From: Candidatus Hodarchaeota archaeon | GTDB taxonomy: Archaea; Asgardarchaeota; Lokiarchaeia; Sigyniarchaeales; SOKP01 | Reading direction: 5' to 3' | Length of the DNA stretch: 64,000 nucleotides | Assembly (NCBI GenBank): GCA_048886685.1 | Contig: JBHLKM010000001.1 | Location: forward strand, 288,001 to 352,000 | The notes under the pieces: model-generated | Seen by the model: only the letters and a program-made list of their open reading frames with translations | Database searches by the model: none | What the model was told of the DNA's origin: nothing | Program-made: the position numbers and the translations under genes | Part shown: positions 19,328 to 29,417 of the stretch, one piece after another | Layout of the letters: each line of letters begins with the position of its first letter | How positions within the stretch are numbered: position 1 is the stretch's first letter

Positions 19328-19408
19328 AGTACTTCACCACTTTGATACTAGCATTAACAATTTACTTAACGATACTACTACACCAACATTATAAAAATTT
19401 GGTGATTC

Positions 19409-20401
19409 TTAGATTGGGACTGGAATTTCCTCTACTATAGACTTTAATACTGACTTTGCGTCAAGGCCTTCAAGTTCTGCTTCGGGTTTTAATAGAATTC
19501 GATGATTTAAAGCTGCGACGATCAATGCGCGAACATCATCTGGTGTGACGTAAGATCTTCCTAAAATAGCAGCTCGTGCTTTAGCACATTTCATAAGTGT
19601 TAAACTAGCTCTTGGTCCACATCCTAAAGCAATTTGTGGATGATTTCGCGTTTTAATGATTAGATCTCTGATATATTTGAGAATTCTATCGTCTATATAT
19701 ACCAAATTCATAATTCTTTGAGCGGCTAGAATTTCTTCTCCTGAAGTAATGGCTTCAATTGAAGGTAATTCTCCAGATAACTGTCTTCTCATGATTTCTA
19801 CTTCCTCAGTGTCTTCAGGATAATCTAACCAAAGTTTAAAGAGAAAGCGATCAACTTGTGCTTCTGGGAGAGGATATGTTCCTTCCATTTCAACCGGATT
19901 TTCTGTAGCAATTACGATAAATGGTTTTTCAAGTAGAAGCGTTTGACCTTCAATAGTTACTTGACGTTCAGCCATGGCCTCGAGAAGAGCAGCTTGGGTT
20001 TTAGGAGCGCTTCTATTAATTTCATCGGCAAGAACTACATTTGCAAAAATTGGTCCTTTCTGTAAAACAAAAGCCCCTTCATTTTGATCAAAAATTTTCG
20101 TGCCTGTGATATCTGCTGGGAGTAAATCTGGTGTAAACTGGACTCTTCGAAATGTTATTCCAAGTGTATGAGCGTAAGTTTTAGCCATCACTGTTTTACC
20201 TAATCCAGGAACTCCTTCTAAAAGAACATGTCCATTAACTAAAAGGGCGATAAACAGTTGCTGAAGAATTTCACCATATCCTACAATAACCCGACTAACT
20301 TCACTAAGAACTTCTTGTGCAATTTCACGAATTGGTGTAACATCAATCTCTTCTTTTTCATAATATTTAGCTTTATCTGAAGTTTCTATTTTTTGACTCA
20401 C
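19409..20401 (-). CDS. moxR: MoxR-family AAA+ ATPase
   Basis: HVLLEGVPGLGKT, QFTPDLLPAD, LADEINR, ATENP and EGTYPLPEAQVDRF. Confidence 0.97.
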   Translation of the reverse strand: MSQKIETSDKAKYYEKEEIDVTPIREIAQEVLSEVSRVIVGYGEILQQLFIALLVNGHVLLEGVPGLGKTVMAKTYAHTLGITFRRVQFTPDLLPADITGTKIFDQNEGAFVLQKGPIFANVVLADEINRSAPKTQAALLEAMAERQVTIEGQTLLLEKPFIVIATENPVEMEGTYPLPEAQVDRFLFKLWLDYPEDTEEVEIMRRQLSGELPSIEAITSGEEILAAQRIMNLVYIDDRILKYIRDLIIKTRNHPQIALGCGPRASLTLMKCAKARAAILGRSYVTPDDVRALIVAALNHRILLKPEAELEGLDAKSVLKSIVEEIPVPI

Positions 20402-20460
20402 CTTTTCATTTTTTATTTTTTTTTTATTTATTTTTGATTTTTATTATAATTTGAATGTGA

Positions 20461-22218
20461 TTAAATATTATCTACTGCCCAACTCATCTCAAAAAAGATT
20501 TCTTCGAAATCTTCTTCATCTCTAATTTTATATTTACCTTCTTTAATGGAAATAATTATATCCATAAATTTGGTTAATCTTTTTATCTTTAACTTAGTTG
20601 TTGAAGGATCCTTTGCAATAACAAAATCTACAACATTGCTAGAAGTAATTTTTTGGCCTCTCATTTGACTATGAAGCTTTCTCTCTAACCTACGATATAG
20701 TAATTTCAATGCTTCCCCATATTTGCTTTTATCCTTAAATTCTTCGATTTTTTGGGCAAAAAATGATGATGTTCTAAATCGAGCCCTCTCTTCCTTTTTT
20801 TCTTCTTCTTCAGCTATTTTTTTCTCTTCTTCTTTTTTATCTTTTCTTGGTAAATATCTTCTTAAAGTATAATATGCTAAAAGAGGATAAATCCATGATG
20901 TTATAGGATTTGTAGAGAGATGAATAATATATTGCATAATAAACCCATAAATTCCGGCAGAAGTCAGATCTCTGGAAATTTCAGGACGGATGTGCGCTTC
21001 ATCGAAAACTATTACCCAATCTTCTTTAGTTCTTGTATCGCCCGGATCATTTTCATAAGTTAGCCATTCAATAATGTTTATAGCAAATTCCTCATTGTCA
21101 TATCCGATCTCATTGATTAACTCATTATTAAACACGCTTGCATCCGCTGAAACGAATAATCTTAGGTTTCCTAAATCCTTGGCTAAGAATACTTGTTGAG
21201 AATATCCTCCAAGAGGAAAAGTATCTGGGAAGGGAAATCCTAAATCTAAAATACTCATAAAACCTAAATTTAAATCATCTGTACCTTCATCATATTTTTT
21301 ATTGCCGTTTTTGTCAATAAATGCATAATCGGTTGTGGCGCCAATAGGATCCCATCCAAAATAAGTAATAAATTCACCCCCTGTAGCACAAGATGCCCTG
21401 GAAAGAACTATTTTATTAATGAGATATGGGGTTTCGGTGGTTGGGTGAGAATTAAAAGATTGAATTACGGGAAACTCGGGAGTTGTATCATAGGAAGCAT
21501 TATCGCGTAAAATCCCATTAGGGAAAATTGTTACTGGTACTTGTATCTCAGGAGCAAACACACTGGCAACCAAGATTTCCCATAAAAGCGTGCTTGTAGA
21601 ACCATGATCATGACATATGAGGAGAGCGTTTGTCCCATTGAAGAATTCAATAAAATAAGGAACTTCAAAGATAGGATCATAGAATTGATTAGGTCCCATT
21701 AAAATTAATAATATAGATTTATCTAACCGTTCAGTAGCACTTAAGCTCGATTGAACAGTCATTACCTCATAACCCTCATTTTCGATTATTTTTTTAAGGT
21801 CGGAACACCCGTTCCAACGGTTGTTATATACCGAAAAGTGTTGAGTGTTTTCTCCTTGATCAATAATAGGTGAGAGTAATGGAATAAAAGCAAAAATGAA
21901 TATAATTATGAATAAAGCCTGTTTATATATAGAACCTGACTTTATTTTTTTTCGAGATTGTGTTTCACGGGATTTTTGAGCTGTGGCATTTCTTATAAAT
22001 ATAAGAAAACCGATGCCACAAAACAAAGCACCTATATAACATAATAAAGGCAAATAAGTTATAAACACGGGAAAATCTTCTGGACTAATTTTTTGAAAAC
22101 TAATAGAAAATTGACTGATAATGATCCCAAATATTATAAGATATATTGTAAAAAAAGTAAAAATTATCCCTTTTGAGATATTAATACTTTTCCTCGAAGC
22201 TTTTCCCGTTTTTGCCAT
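20461..22218 (-). CDS. DUF4350-like membrane protein
   Basis: Three N-terminal TMs, FSVYNNRWNGCS, DASVFNNELI, VFDEAH; MoxR operon context. Confidence 0.7.
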   Translation of the reverse strand: MAKTGKASRKSINISKGIIFTFFTIYLIIFGIIISQFSISFQKISPEDFPVFITYLPLLCYIGALFCGIGFLIFIRNATAQKSRETQSRKKIKSGSIYKQALFIIIFIFAFIPLLSPIIDQGENTQHFSVYNNRWNGCSDLKKIIENEGYEVMTVQSSLSATERLDKSILLILMGPNQFYDPIFEVPYFIEFFNGTNALLICHDHGSTSTLLWEILVASVFAPEIQVPVTIFPNGILRDNASYDTTPEFPVIQSFNSHPTTETPYLINKIVLSRASCATGGEFITYFGWDPIGATTDYAFIDKNGNKKYDEGTDDLNLGFMSILDLGFPFPDTFPLGGYSQQVFLAKDLGNLRLFVSADASVFNNELINEIGYDNEEFAINIIEWLTYENDPGDTRTKEDWVIVFDEAHIRPEISRDLTSAGIYGFIMQYIIHLSTNPITSWIYPLLAYYTLRRYLPRKDKKEEEKKIAEEEEKKEERARFRTSSFFAQKIEEFKDKSKYGEALKLLYRRLERKLHSQMRGQKITSSNVVDFVIAKDPSTTKLKIKRLTKFMDIIISIKEGKYKIRDEEDFEEIFFEMSWAVDNI

Positions 22219-22273
22219 TTTTATTTTACTTTTATTTTTAGGGTTAATTAAAACAATTCATATTAATTATGAT

Positions 22274-22651
22274 TTATAAAGAGAAATTAATGGTTTTTCC
22301 TGTAATATCGTTGTATAAATTTGAGAACAAATCAATAGTGAAGTTTAATTCCTTTGTTGTCGGTTCTACTCCACCATATATTATATCTTCTATTTTTTTA
22401 ATAAAAGGATATACCGATTCTGGTTTCAATTTCTTTTCTAATTCATTTACGCATGTGATTGCATATTCTCGAATAGTTTGGTGGATTAATCTTGGTTTCT
22501 TGAATTTTACGTTAATAAGATCGTCGTAAACTAGATATATGTAGGCAATTGCTTCTTTTGGTCGATTTGTATCTACTAAAACTTTTACATTTTCTAATCT
22601 CTGCTTTATATCTATTTCTGGTTCTGGTGCCTTTTTTTTCTTTTTTGCCAT
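22274..22651 (-). CDS. Small DUF4129-like helical protein
   Basis: EAIAYIY..TIREYA..VYPFIKKIEDIIYG; similar to the C-terminus of the 22774..24381 product. Confidence 0.65.
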   Translation of the reverse strand: MAKKKKKAPEPEIDIKQRLENVKVLVDTNRPKEAIAYIYLVYDDLINVKFKKPRLIHQTIREYAITCVNELEKKLKPESVYPFIKKIEDIIYGGVEPTTKELNFTIDLFSNLYNDITGKTINFSL

Positions 22652-22773
22652 TTTTTAAACCTTTCACTGTATTTTTTCATATAATTTATTTAATAATTTA
22701 TTTTGGGTATATAATTTTTTGTACTAATCTTTTTTATTATTATTTTTGATTGGTTATTTTATTAGTAATTATA

Positions 22774-24381
22774 TTAAAAATTCAATTGAAAATTATATCC
22801 AGTTAATTGGAAATACACTGGTGAAAATAATTCACATGTTTTATAAAAATCTTTGTCTGTTATTTTAAAAGGTTTTGCATATATTATCTCCTCTACTTTT
22901 TGTATAAAAGGGTAAATAGCCGCTGGAGTTAATTTCAATTCCTTAACAGAAATTATTGCAAAATCTCTTATTGTTTCATTTTCCTTTCTAGTTCTGCCAT
23001 ATTTCGCATTAACTAATTCTATATAAATCGCGTTAAATAAGTATGATATAGATTCTTCTAATCGACCTGAATCTTTTAAAAGTTTAAGATTAATGAGTTT
23101 TGACTCAAGAGGTAGATTTATAACTCTAGATTCTTTTTCTTGCTTTTTAAAATAACGATAACCTAAAACTGCTAAAACTGTTATTATAGCTCCTAGGATT
23201 GGAAAAAATACCAAAGAAAACATTAAAAATGGTGGTAATCCGGCAGGATTAGAAGGAGTATAAGGTGCTGCAGTTATATTTATGTTTCTAGAAAGAGAGA
23301 TGAAAAGTCCAGCAGTGTTTACTACCTCGATCTCAATTGGCATAAGACCTATTCCAGAGGGGATGGTGTATATATAGGAGAAATCACCATTTGAATCAGT
23401 GATAGCAGAACCAATTGGAATTCCGTTGAAGCTGATTATAAGCGTTCTATTACCTATTTTAATGGAAGAATTTGTAAGCGAACTTAATTGTCCTGCTATT
23501 GTAATTACTTCTTCTTCAGAAGCTTCATCGTCAACATCCCAGAGGCATGTGACATTTGAAAATAGTGTTATAAAAGGGATAATAATTCCTGAACTCCCAA
23601 TTCGTGGAACGTCTCCCGAATAACTCAGATTTAAACTTATACTTTGATTGACTACAGTCGAAGGAATTAGTATATCTTGTGTAAAAGCCCCATCAGAAGG
23701 GCTTGTAAGAAAGAAATCGCTTGCCCAATTATAGGTACTATTAAACCAATTATAATTTATTTGAACATTTGAAATACCTGTGCCATTCAAATTATCGTAT
23801 CTTAAAAATCCCTCAACTCTAAAATCTTCTCCAGGAATTTTAGGAAAATCATCTCTATAGGTAATATCGAAAATAGAAGTAGCATTAACGAAGATATTAA
23901 AAAAATTGATGGGTATAATATCATCAGTACCTAGATCATCAATACATTCTACCTCAATTTTGTGGGTCGCATAAACGTCTAAAGTAAATGGAATTCTATA
24001 GCTGATTTGAAATTCACCAAGTCCATTAGAAGTAGCATTATATCTAGTATCTAAAAATCCATCTACAACTATCGATACGTTAATATTTGAGAGATTGGTG
24101 TAAGGTGGTGGAGGAGGTAGAGGTTTGTATATTTTTCCTTCAATAGTAAGAGTTGAATTATGGGAATAAAATGTTTCATTAATCCAGTAATTTGTTAAAT
24201 TAATTACTCCAATTAACGATGAAGCTTTGGGAGTTATGATAATCTCATTGTCGTGATTCTCTTTAAGATTATTGTTATTTAAAATTTGAAAATTCTTAAT
24301 AAAACAAAATAAAAATGAAAAGGATATTAATAAAACAAAAATTCCAACCAAGATCCTTTTCATTTTGTTTTTTCTACTCAA
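22774..24381 (-). CDS. Membrane-anchored surface protein with Ig-like repeats and C-terminal DUF4129-like domain
   Basis: Signal/TM, TxxxGxF repeats, many NxS/T sequons, a TM, then ETIRDFA..IYPFIQKVEEIIY. Confidence 0.75.
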   Translation of the reverse strand: MSRKNKMKRILVGIFVLLISFSFLFCFIKNFQILNNNNLKENHDNEIIITPKASSLIGVINLTNYWINETFYSHNSTLTIEGKIYKPLPPPPPYTNLSNINVSIVVDGFLDTRYNATSNGLGEFQISYRIPFTLDVYATHKIEVECIDDLGTDDIIPINFFNIFVNATSIFDITYRDDFPKIPGEDFRVEGFLRYDNLNGTGISNVQINYNWFNSTYNWASDFFLTSPSDGAFTQDILIPSTVVNQSISLNLSYSGDVPRIGSSGIIIPFITLFSNVTCLWDVDDEASEEEVITIAGQLSSLTNSSIKIGNRTLIISFNGIPIGSAITDSNGDFSYIYTIPSGIGLMPIEIEVVNTAGLFISLSRNINITAAPYTPSNPAGLPPFLMFSLVFFPILGAIITVLAVLGYRYFKKQEKESRVINLPLESKLINLKLLKDSGRLEESISYLFNAIYIELVNAKYGRTRKENETIRDFAIISVKELKLTPAAIYPFIQKVEEIIYAKPFKITDKDFYKTCELFSPVYFQLTGYNFQLNF

Positions 24382-24426
24382 AATTTTTACCAGATTTTTT
24401 TGATTATCTCTCCGTTAAATATTATA

Positions 24427-27400
24427 TTATGGAGGAAAAATCGATTCCTCGTCAGGCTCTACATAAACCATACCATTAATAATAGGATTAAAAGATACTC
24501 TAATTTCTACATCACTTTTTAAAGATGGCCAGGGATCATTTTCATCAATAAATATTGATACATTAAATCCTCCAGAAAGGTCTGTAGAAACAATATCATT
24601 ATAGGCAACAATAATCCCACCCCTCTCATCGATTATAGTTACATTTATAAGAACGCCTGCTATTGCAGTATTGTTGTCCCATCTTAATTCTCCCCACACG
24701 TAGAGTGTATCACCATCAATCCATAAATTAGGAAAAATGTCATACTCAAGAGAATATGAAAGACCTATTAATTGCGTGTCAGCGTTAATATCTAATGATA
24801 TAAGGGAAGAACTGGTATGAATCATATAATCATTCAAATCAACACTGGGAAATCCTGCTGGGTATTCAATGCTCCCATTAAAATCAATTCTGATATAATA
24901 ATTCCCTTGAAGAATAGCTTGATCAACAGAACTTACTGTAAAACTATAAGTACCATCATTATTTATTACAATTGACTGTGAACCAACCAAGTTAAGATAC
25001 CCTGAAACATCATTAAGAGAACTATTTAATAGGATTATTGAAACTCTTAATCCTCTTAAACGTTCAAAAGTATTAAAGTCTTCAACAGTACCAGACACAG
25101 CAAAACTTTCAACGCCTCGAATAACCTCATTTTTATTGGAATTAGCATCTATATTTACTGTTTCATTTATAATGATATAAGTTGTATTAATAGTGCTATA
25201 AGTATGATATTGAACTCTTATCCTATGTAGCCCAGCGTGTAAAGAAGCAGTTGATATATTGAATTGAACAAATCCAGTTAAACCAGTTCCCCCGGGAAAC
25301 ACGTAATTTTGTAATTCGATATTTGTAAAATCATCATAAATGTATACTGTTCTCCCATCAAGAGCTTGGACATGATTAACTTGAACTTGAAAATGTGCTG
25401 TCGTTGCGTTATTATACCTTTCTGGTGGATTAAAATCATCATAAAAAGTTCTTGTAGGGTTTCCTTCAACATCTAAAAATATTGTGACCAGATTTGTATC
25501 ATAAATATAGAGTTCTTTGGGTATTTCAACAGAATTGTATAAATAACCTAGACTAAATGATGCCGGATAAGGATAAGCGTAAAAATTAAAAAAGCCATTA
25601 AATTCAAGAGTTAAGGTATAGTTATCAAGAGGTATTCCTGGATTTACTCCTCTATTAAAATTAAAAAAGTTGGATCCGGTCGGGGATGGGTATTCTGGAT
25701 TGGAAGGCGTTAAAAAACCAGTATAATCAATTGTACTATTCATTCTTAAATCTAATTGCGAATAATAGATAGGATTAGCAAAAAGATCGATTAATTCGCA
25801 TTGAATATTAAATGGAATTGGATTAGCAAGATCATATTCAAGAGGACTTGTATATGAAATTAAATTAACCCCTATAGATTCATTAACGATGTAATAAGAG
25901 TAATTAAAATCACCCCCATACCTAGCATACACTAAAGTTGGACCAGATTTATTGGTATTCCCAATATTATATAGAATTGAAGCTCTCCCAAAAGCATCAG
26001 TAATGTCAGCACCTATGATAACATCGCCGTTTGTATAATCATAAAATTCGACAATTTCACCAGGAGTAGGAAACATTGTACTCTCATCAATTAGAATAAC
26101 AGAAAGGTCAACTTGTTGACCTCGTTTGACATTTACTACACTACTAGGGAAAGATGGATAATCAGTAGGTTGACCATTAATAGAGAATAATAAAATAGAT
26201 GTTAATTTTTCAGTCACATTAAATTCTATTCTATTACTTGAATCATTCATAATACCCCAAGCTAATGGCCACCCCCCCCAAGAACCATTAAAATCGACTC
26301 GAATTTCATAATTTCCTCTCGAAACATGGGGATTCACATTGGTGAATACGTCAAAATCACCGTTACTATCAGTATCCGTATATGTAATATCGAATGGATT
26401 AGGAACTATATTACTTGTCCCTTTTTCAAATAAAACAAATTGAACTGTAGCATTTCTTACTCGTTGACTTGCTATCGGATCATAAACATAACCTTGGATA
26501 TTAGTAGTATTGCTGATTGAGCGATTTACTACTGTAGGATTCACACTTGTAAAGTTCACTTCTATATCTCCAAATACTATAAAAGATGTGAAATTATTCG
26601 CAAGTTGATAGGTTGCCATAATTACATGGGGTCCCACTACAAATGAATTGTTAATATTAACCAAAATTGATGCACTACCATTTTGATTGGTATATGAAGT
26701 ACCTAGTGGTAATCCGGAACCTAAATCAGTAAAGGTTATTTCTTTATTATCTATAGAACCTGTAGGGGAACTTAATATAGCAGTTAGATTAGCCCATTGT
26801 CCTCTATATCCTGCAGTAAAATTTGTAAAAACCTCTATATTATAATTAGCCATTGGATTTCCACCTTGTCCAAATGAATCACCAATAATATCCATTAGTA
26901 CCCACATCCCATCCCCAGAAATATCTGTTGGAACATAGATTTCAGCCCAATTGTACAGATTTAAATACTTGATTGCGAAAAAATCCTTACCCTCATCGAT
27001 ATCATAACCCTCTTCAATCCCCCAACTATTAAAACCATCGACAAAACGACTAGACACATTGAAAGCCCTCGTAAATGCGCAAAACGCTGAAGCAAATTCG
27101 GACCATAAGCCTTCTTCATGCGCACAAAACCATTCTACAATGTCTTCACCATCAGCAGGAGGGTCGTTGGTTAAGGCATCAATGCCAACAGTAAAGTTAC
27201 TTTGAAGATAATTCCTAATTTTATTAGCTACTACAAAAGATGTATCGGTATCCTTAATAATTATATCTAAAACGTCATAATGAGATTTAAAATATGGATG
27301 TGTATTGATATAAGTATCTATTGAGGGAGGTAATTGTAAATACTTATTTTGTATGAATATTGGAGTGTATTGTGCTTCAATAGCACTATTATTAATATCA

Positions 27401-28188
27401 TTATTAGAGGGCAAATTTAATCCGAATAATTCGTATGACATATTAACTGGATCTTCACTATTAAAATCTAAATCGATTGTAGTACAATTAAAATCTGTTT
27501 TGTGAAGTGCTATTGTTCCTAAATCTAAATTATCAGCATAAACACTCCCTTCCATTATAAAAGGGATTGGGAAAAAAGAAGGGATAACCATTGAATTTAG
27601 ACCTAAATTAGGAGAAAGTGGCATTTTAAGCTGTATTATATCTAAAGAAGAATACTGCCCAAAATATTCTGCATATGTTAGGAAAGGATATGGATTAGTT
27701 GCTGCTGTTGATTGCCATTGATCTCCCGTGAATTCATCAAAACATTCGTATCTCCAAAATTTATTTGTCATATTTGGAAATGAATCATAATCATAAACTC
27801 TAAAGACCTCCTGTTGAGCCGCTTGAGAACCTAGAAGTGCTAAAAGAGCTTCTGAAAAATCACTTAAATCCAAATCGTCAATACTGCTATCCATCATATC
27901 TTCTAGCATTTCCATTACATCTGCTAATTCATCTGGGCTTAAATCATTAAACAGATCATTGAAAAAATCTTCATCAAAAGGATATGGGGGCTTTATTAGT
28001 TCAGCATCCTCATAGTCTGTATCGGCTTTTTGCCTATTAGGATTTGGTCTTTGGGTGCCGAATAAGAAACTAATAATAAAGGTTGAGAACGCAAATACAG
28101 AAATTAATAAAAGGACAACTAATATTACTCCTATTACTCTCTTTTTGTTAATGCCGGTGTCTATTAGTTCCTCCCTTATATCCGACAT
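24427..28188 (-). CDS. Large surface protein with a transglutaminase-like domain (catalytic Cys apparently lost) and Ig-like repeats
   Basis: WRYECFDEFTG, KYLQLP, EEGLWSEFASAF...SRFVDGF, NWAEIYVP and WVLMD; many TDxxG repeats. Confidence 0.8.
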   Translation of the reverse strand: MSDIREELIDTGINKKRVIGVILVVLLLISVFAFSTFIISFLFGTQRPNPNRQKADTDYEDAELIKPPYPFDEDFFNDLFNDLSPDELADVMEMLEDMMDSSIDDLDLSDFSEALLALLGSQAAQQEVFRVYDYDSFPNMTNKFWRYECFDEFTGDQWQSTAATNPYPFLTYAEYFGQYSSLDIIQLKMPLSPNLGLNSMVIPSFFPIPFIMEGSVYADNLDLGTIALHKTDFNCTTIDLDFNSEDPVNMSYELFGLNLPSNNDINNSAIEAQYTPIFIQNKYLQLPPSIDTYINTHPYFKSHYDVLDIIIKDTDTSFVVANKIRNYLQSNFTVGIDALTNDPPADGEDIVEWFCAHEEGLWSEFASAFCAFTRAFNVSSRFVDGFNSWGIEEGYDIDEGKDFFAIKYLNLYNWAEIYVPTDISGDGMWVLMDIIGDSFGQGGNPMANYNIEVFTNFTAGYRGQWANLTAILSSPTGSIDNKEITFTDLGSGLPLGTSYTNQNGSASILVNINNSFVVGPHVIMATYQLANNFTSFIVFGDIEVNFTSVNPTVVNRSISNTTNIQGYVYDPIASQRVRNATVQFVLFEKGTSNIVPNPFDITYTDTDSNGDFDVFTNVNPHVSRGNYEIRVDFNGSWGGWPLAWGIMNDSSNRIEFNVTEKLTSILLFSINGQPTDYPSFPSSVVNVKRGQQVDLSVILIDESTMFPTPGEIVEFYDYTNGDVIIGADITDAFGRASILYNIGNTNKSGPTLVYARYGGDFNYSYYIVNESIGVNLISYTSPLEYDLANPIPFNIQCELIDLFANPIYYSQLDLRMNSTIDYTGFLTPSNPEYPSPTGSNFFNFNRGVNPGIPLDNYTLTLEFNGFFNFYAYPYPASFSLGYLYNSVEIPKELYIYDTNLVTIFLDVEGNPTRTFYDDFNPPERYNNATTAHFQVQVNHVQALDGRTVYIYDDFTNIELQNYVFPGGTGLTGFVQFNISTASLHAGLHRIRVQYHTYSTINTTYIIINETVNIDANSNKNEVIRGVESFAVSGTVEDFNTFERLRGLRVSIILLNSSLNDVSGYLNLVGSQSIVINNDGTYSFTVSSVDQAILQGNYYIRIDFNGSIEYPAGFPSVDLNDYMIHTSSSLISLDINADTQLIGLSYSLEYDIFPNLWIDGDTLYVWGELRWDNNTAIAGVLINVTIIDERGGIIVAYNDIVSTDLSGGFNVSIFIDENDPWPSLKSDVEIRVSFNPIINGMVYVEPDEESIFPP

Positions 28189-28433
28189 TTTAGACTAAAA
28201 CAAACAGTAATTTTTCAATTAGAATATTAATAATAAAAGTCTTATATATAATTTTCCACACATTCTTTTAAATTCTATAATTTTATAAAAGTGTTATCTA
28301 ATATGGAAATTATATGATTCTCAAGTATATATTCTTATTATTAATGAGATTAATAATCTTAGCACATTGACTATTAGATGAAGAATTAAGATAAAAATCC
28401 TTGAGAATTAATTAAAAATTATCTTTAAGATAT

Positions 28434-29303
28434 TTAGAACTCAAAACCGCATTTTGTACAGACAAATTTCTTTGCATAAATCGGTTTAGGAATGTAACTA
28501 ATTATACGTGATTTATCTTCAACCTCTTTTACGGCGAAACCAGATGCACCACAGTTGGGGCATAATCGTCTCCCTGTTCCTGTTGGTATAGTTGTACTTG
28601 GAGTTGTTGTTGTTGGAGTGGAAGGTGAATAAGAGGGGGTAGTTCCGTAGCCAGGCGTTGATTGAGAAGTGATTCCTTGGGCTAAACTCGAGGGCATTAC
28701 GGCCTTTGGTTCTTTTAATTCTTCAATGCGTTTCTCCTTATATGCAACCTCCTCTTGTAATTTAGAAATTTGGGTTTGTAATGGTCCAATTTGTTGTGAT
28801 AGCATTGAATTATGTTGTTGTAATTCTTGAACTTGCTGTTGTAAACCAGGGATATGTGCTTGTAATTGAGCTTTTTCATCATTGAGTTGATTTACTTGTT
28901 GTTGGTATCCTTCTATTGAGGCTTGAAGAGATTGAAGTTGATTAGTTAATCGATTGACTTGATTTTCTTTTTCGAGAAGCTGAGCGTTTAATGAAGAGCT
29001 CTGAGCACTTACTTCATTAATTTGACTTTGTAGTTGGCTTATTGTAGAATCTTTTTCTTGTAGTTGAGTTATTACAGAATCATATTCAACTTGTGATGGA
29101 CCTACAGAAATAGCTGGGGAAGGAGTTGGTTCATAAACAGGTGGGGGAGGTACTTCAAAAGTGGGAGGAGTTGGTTGCTGTGAAGGAGGTGTCATTGAAG
29201 GAGGAGGTGTTGTTGGTGTCAGTGAAGGGGGTGGCATAGGAGGGGGTGATAACGATTTTTTTTCATTTTCTTCCTCATCGTCTCTCTCATATTCGTACGA
29301 CAA
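28434..29303 (-). CDS. Proline-rich / coiled-coil / C-terminal zinc-ribbon protein; probable TTG start at 29303 (track start 29366)
   Basis: Poly-Pro N-terminus, a Gln-rich heptad region of about 120 aa, and CPNC...CTKC. GGGAGA precedes the TTG. Confidence 0.75.
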   Translation of the reverse strand: MSYEYERDDEEENEKKSLSPPPMPPPSLTPTTPPPSMTPPSQQPTPPTFEVPPPPVYEPTPSPAISVGPSQVEYDSVITQLQEKDSTISQLQSQINEVSAQSSSLNAQLLEKENQVNRLTNQLQSLQASIEGYQQQVNQLNDEKAQLQAHIPGLQQQVQELQQHNSMLSQQIGPLQTQISKLQEEVAYKEKRIEELKEPKAVMPSSLAQGITSQSTPGYGTTPSYSPSTPTTTTPSTTIPTGTGRRLCPNCGASGFAVKEVEDKSRIISYIPKPIYAKKFVCTKCGFEF

Positions 29304-29417
29304 ATTAATCTCCCTTAATTTTTTTTTCTTTATTAATTGATTATTTAACATAAATATGGTATTCAAGTTTATAAATTAATGCATAAATATGAATAAAATT
29401 GTTTTGAAGAGAAGATA

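Noticed and set aside
19320-19354. Second BHB intron at the 5' end of the DUF58 gene
   Set aside because: The stem register does not fit a 3-nt bulge, and standard cuts remove 31 nt, causing a frameshift.
28600-28660. YSPSTPT as an RNA polymerase II CTD-like heptad
   Set aside because: A single imperfect copy in a low-complexity S/T/P linker.
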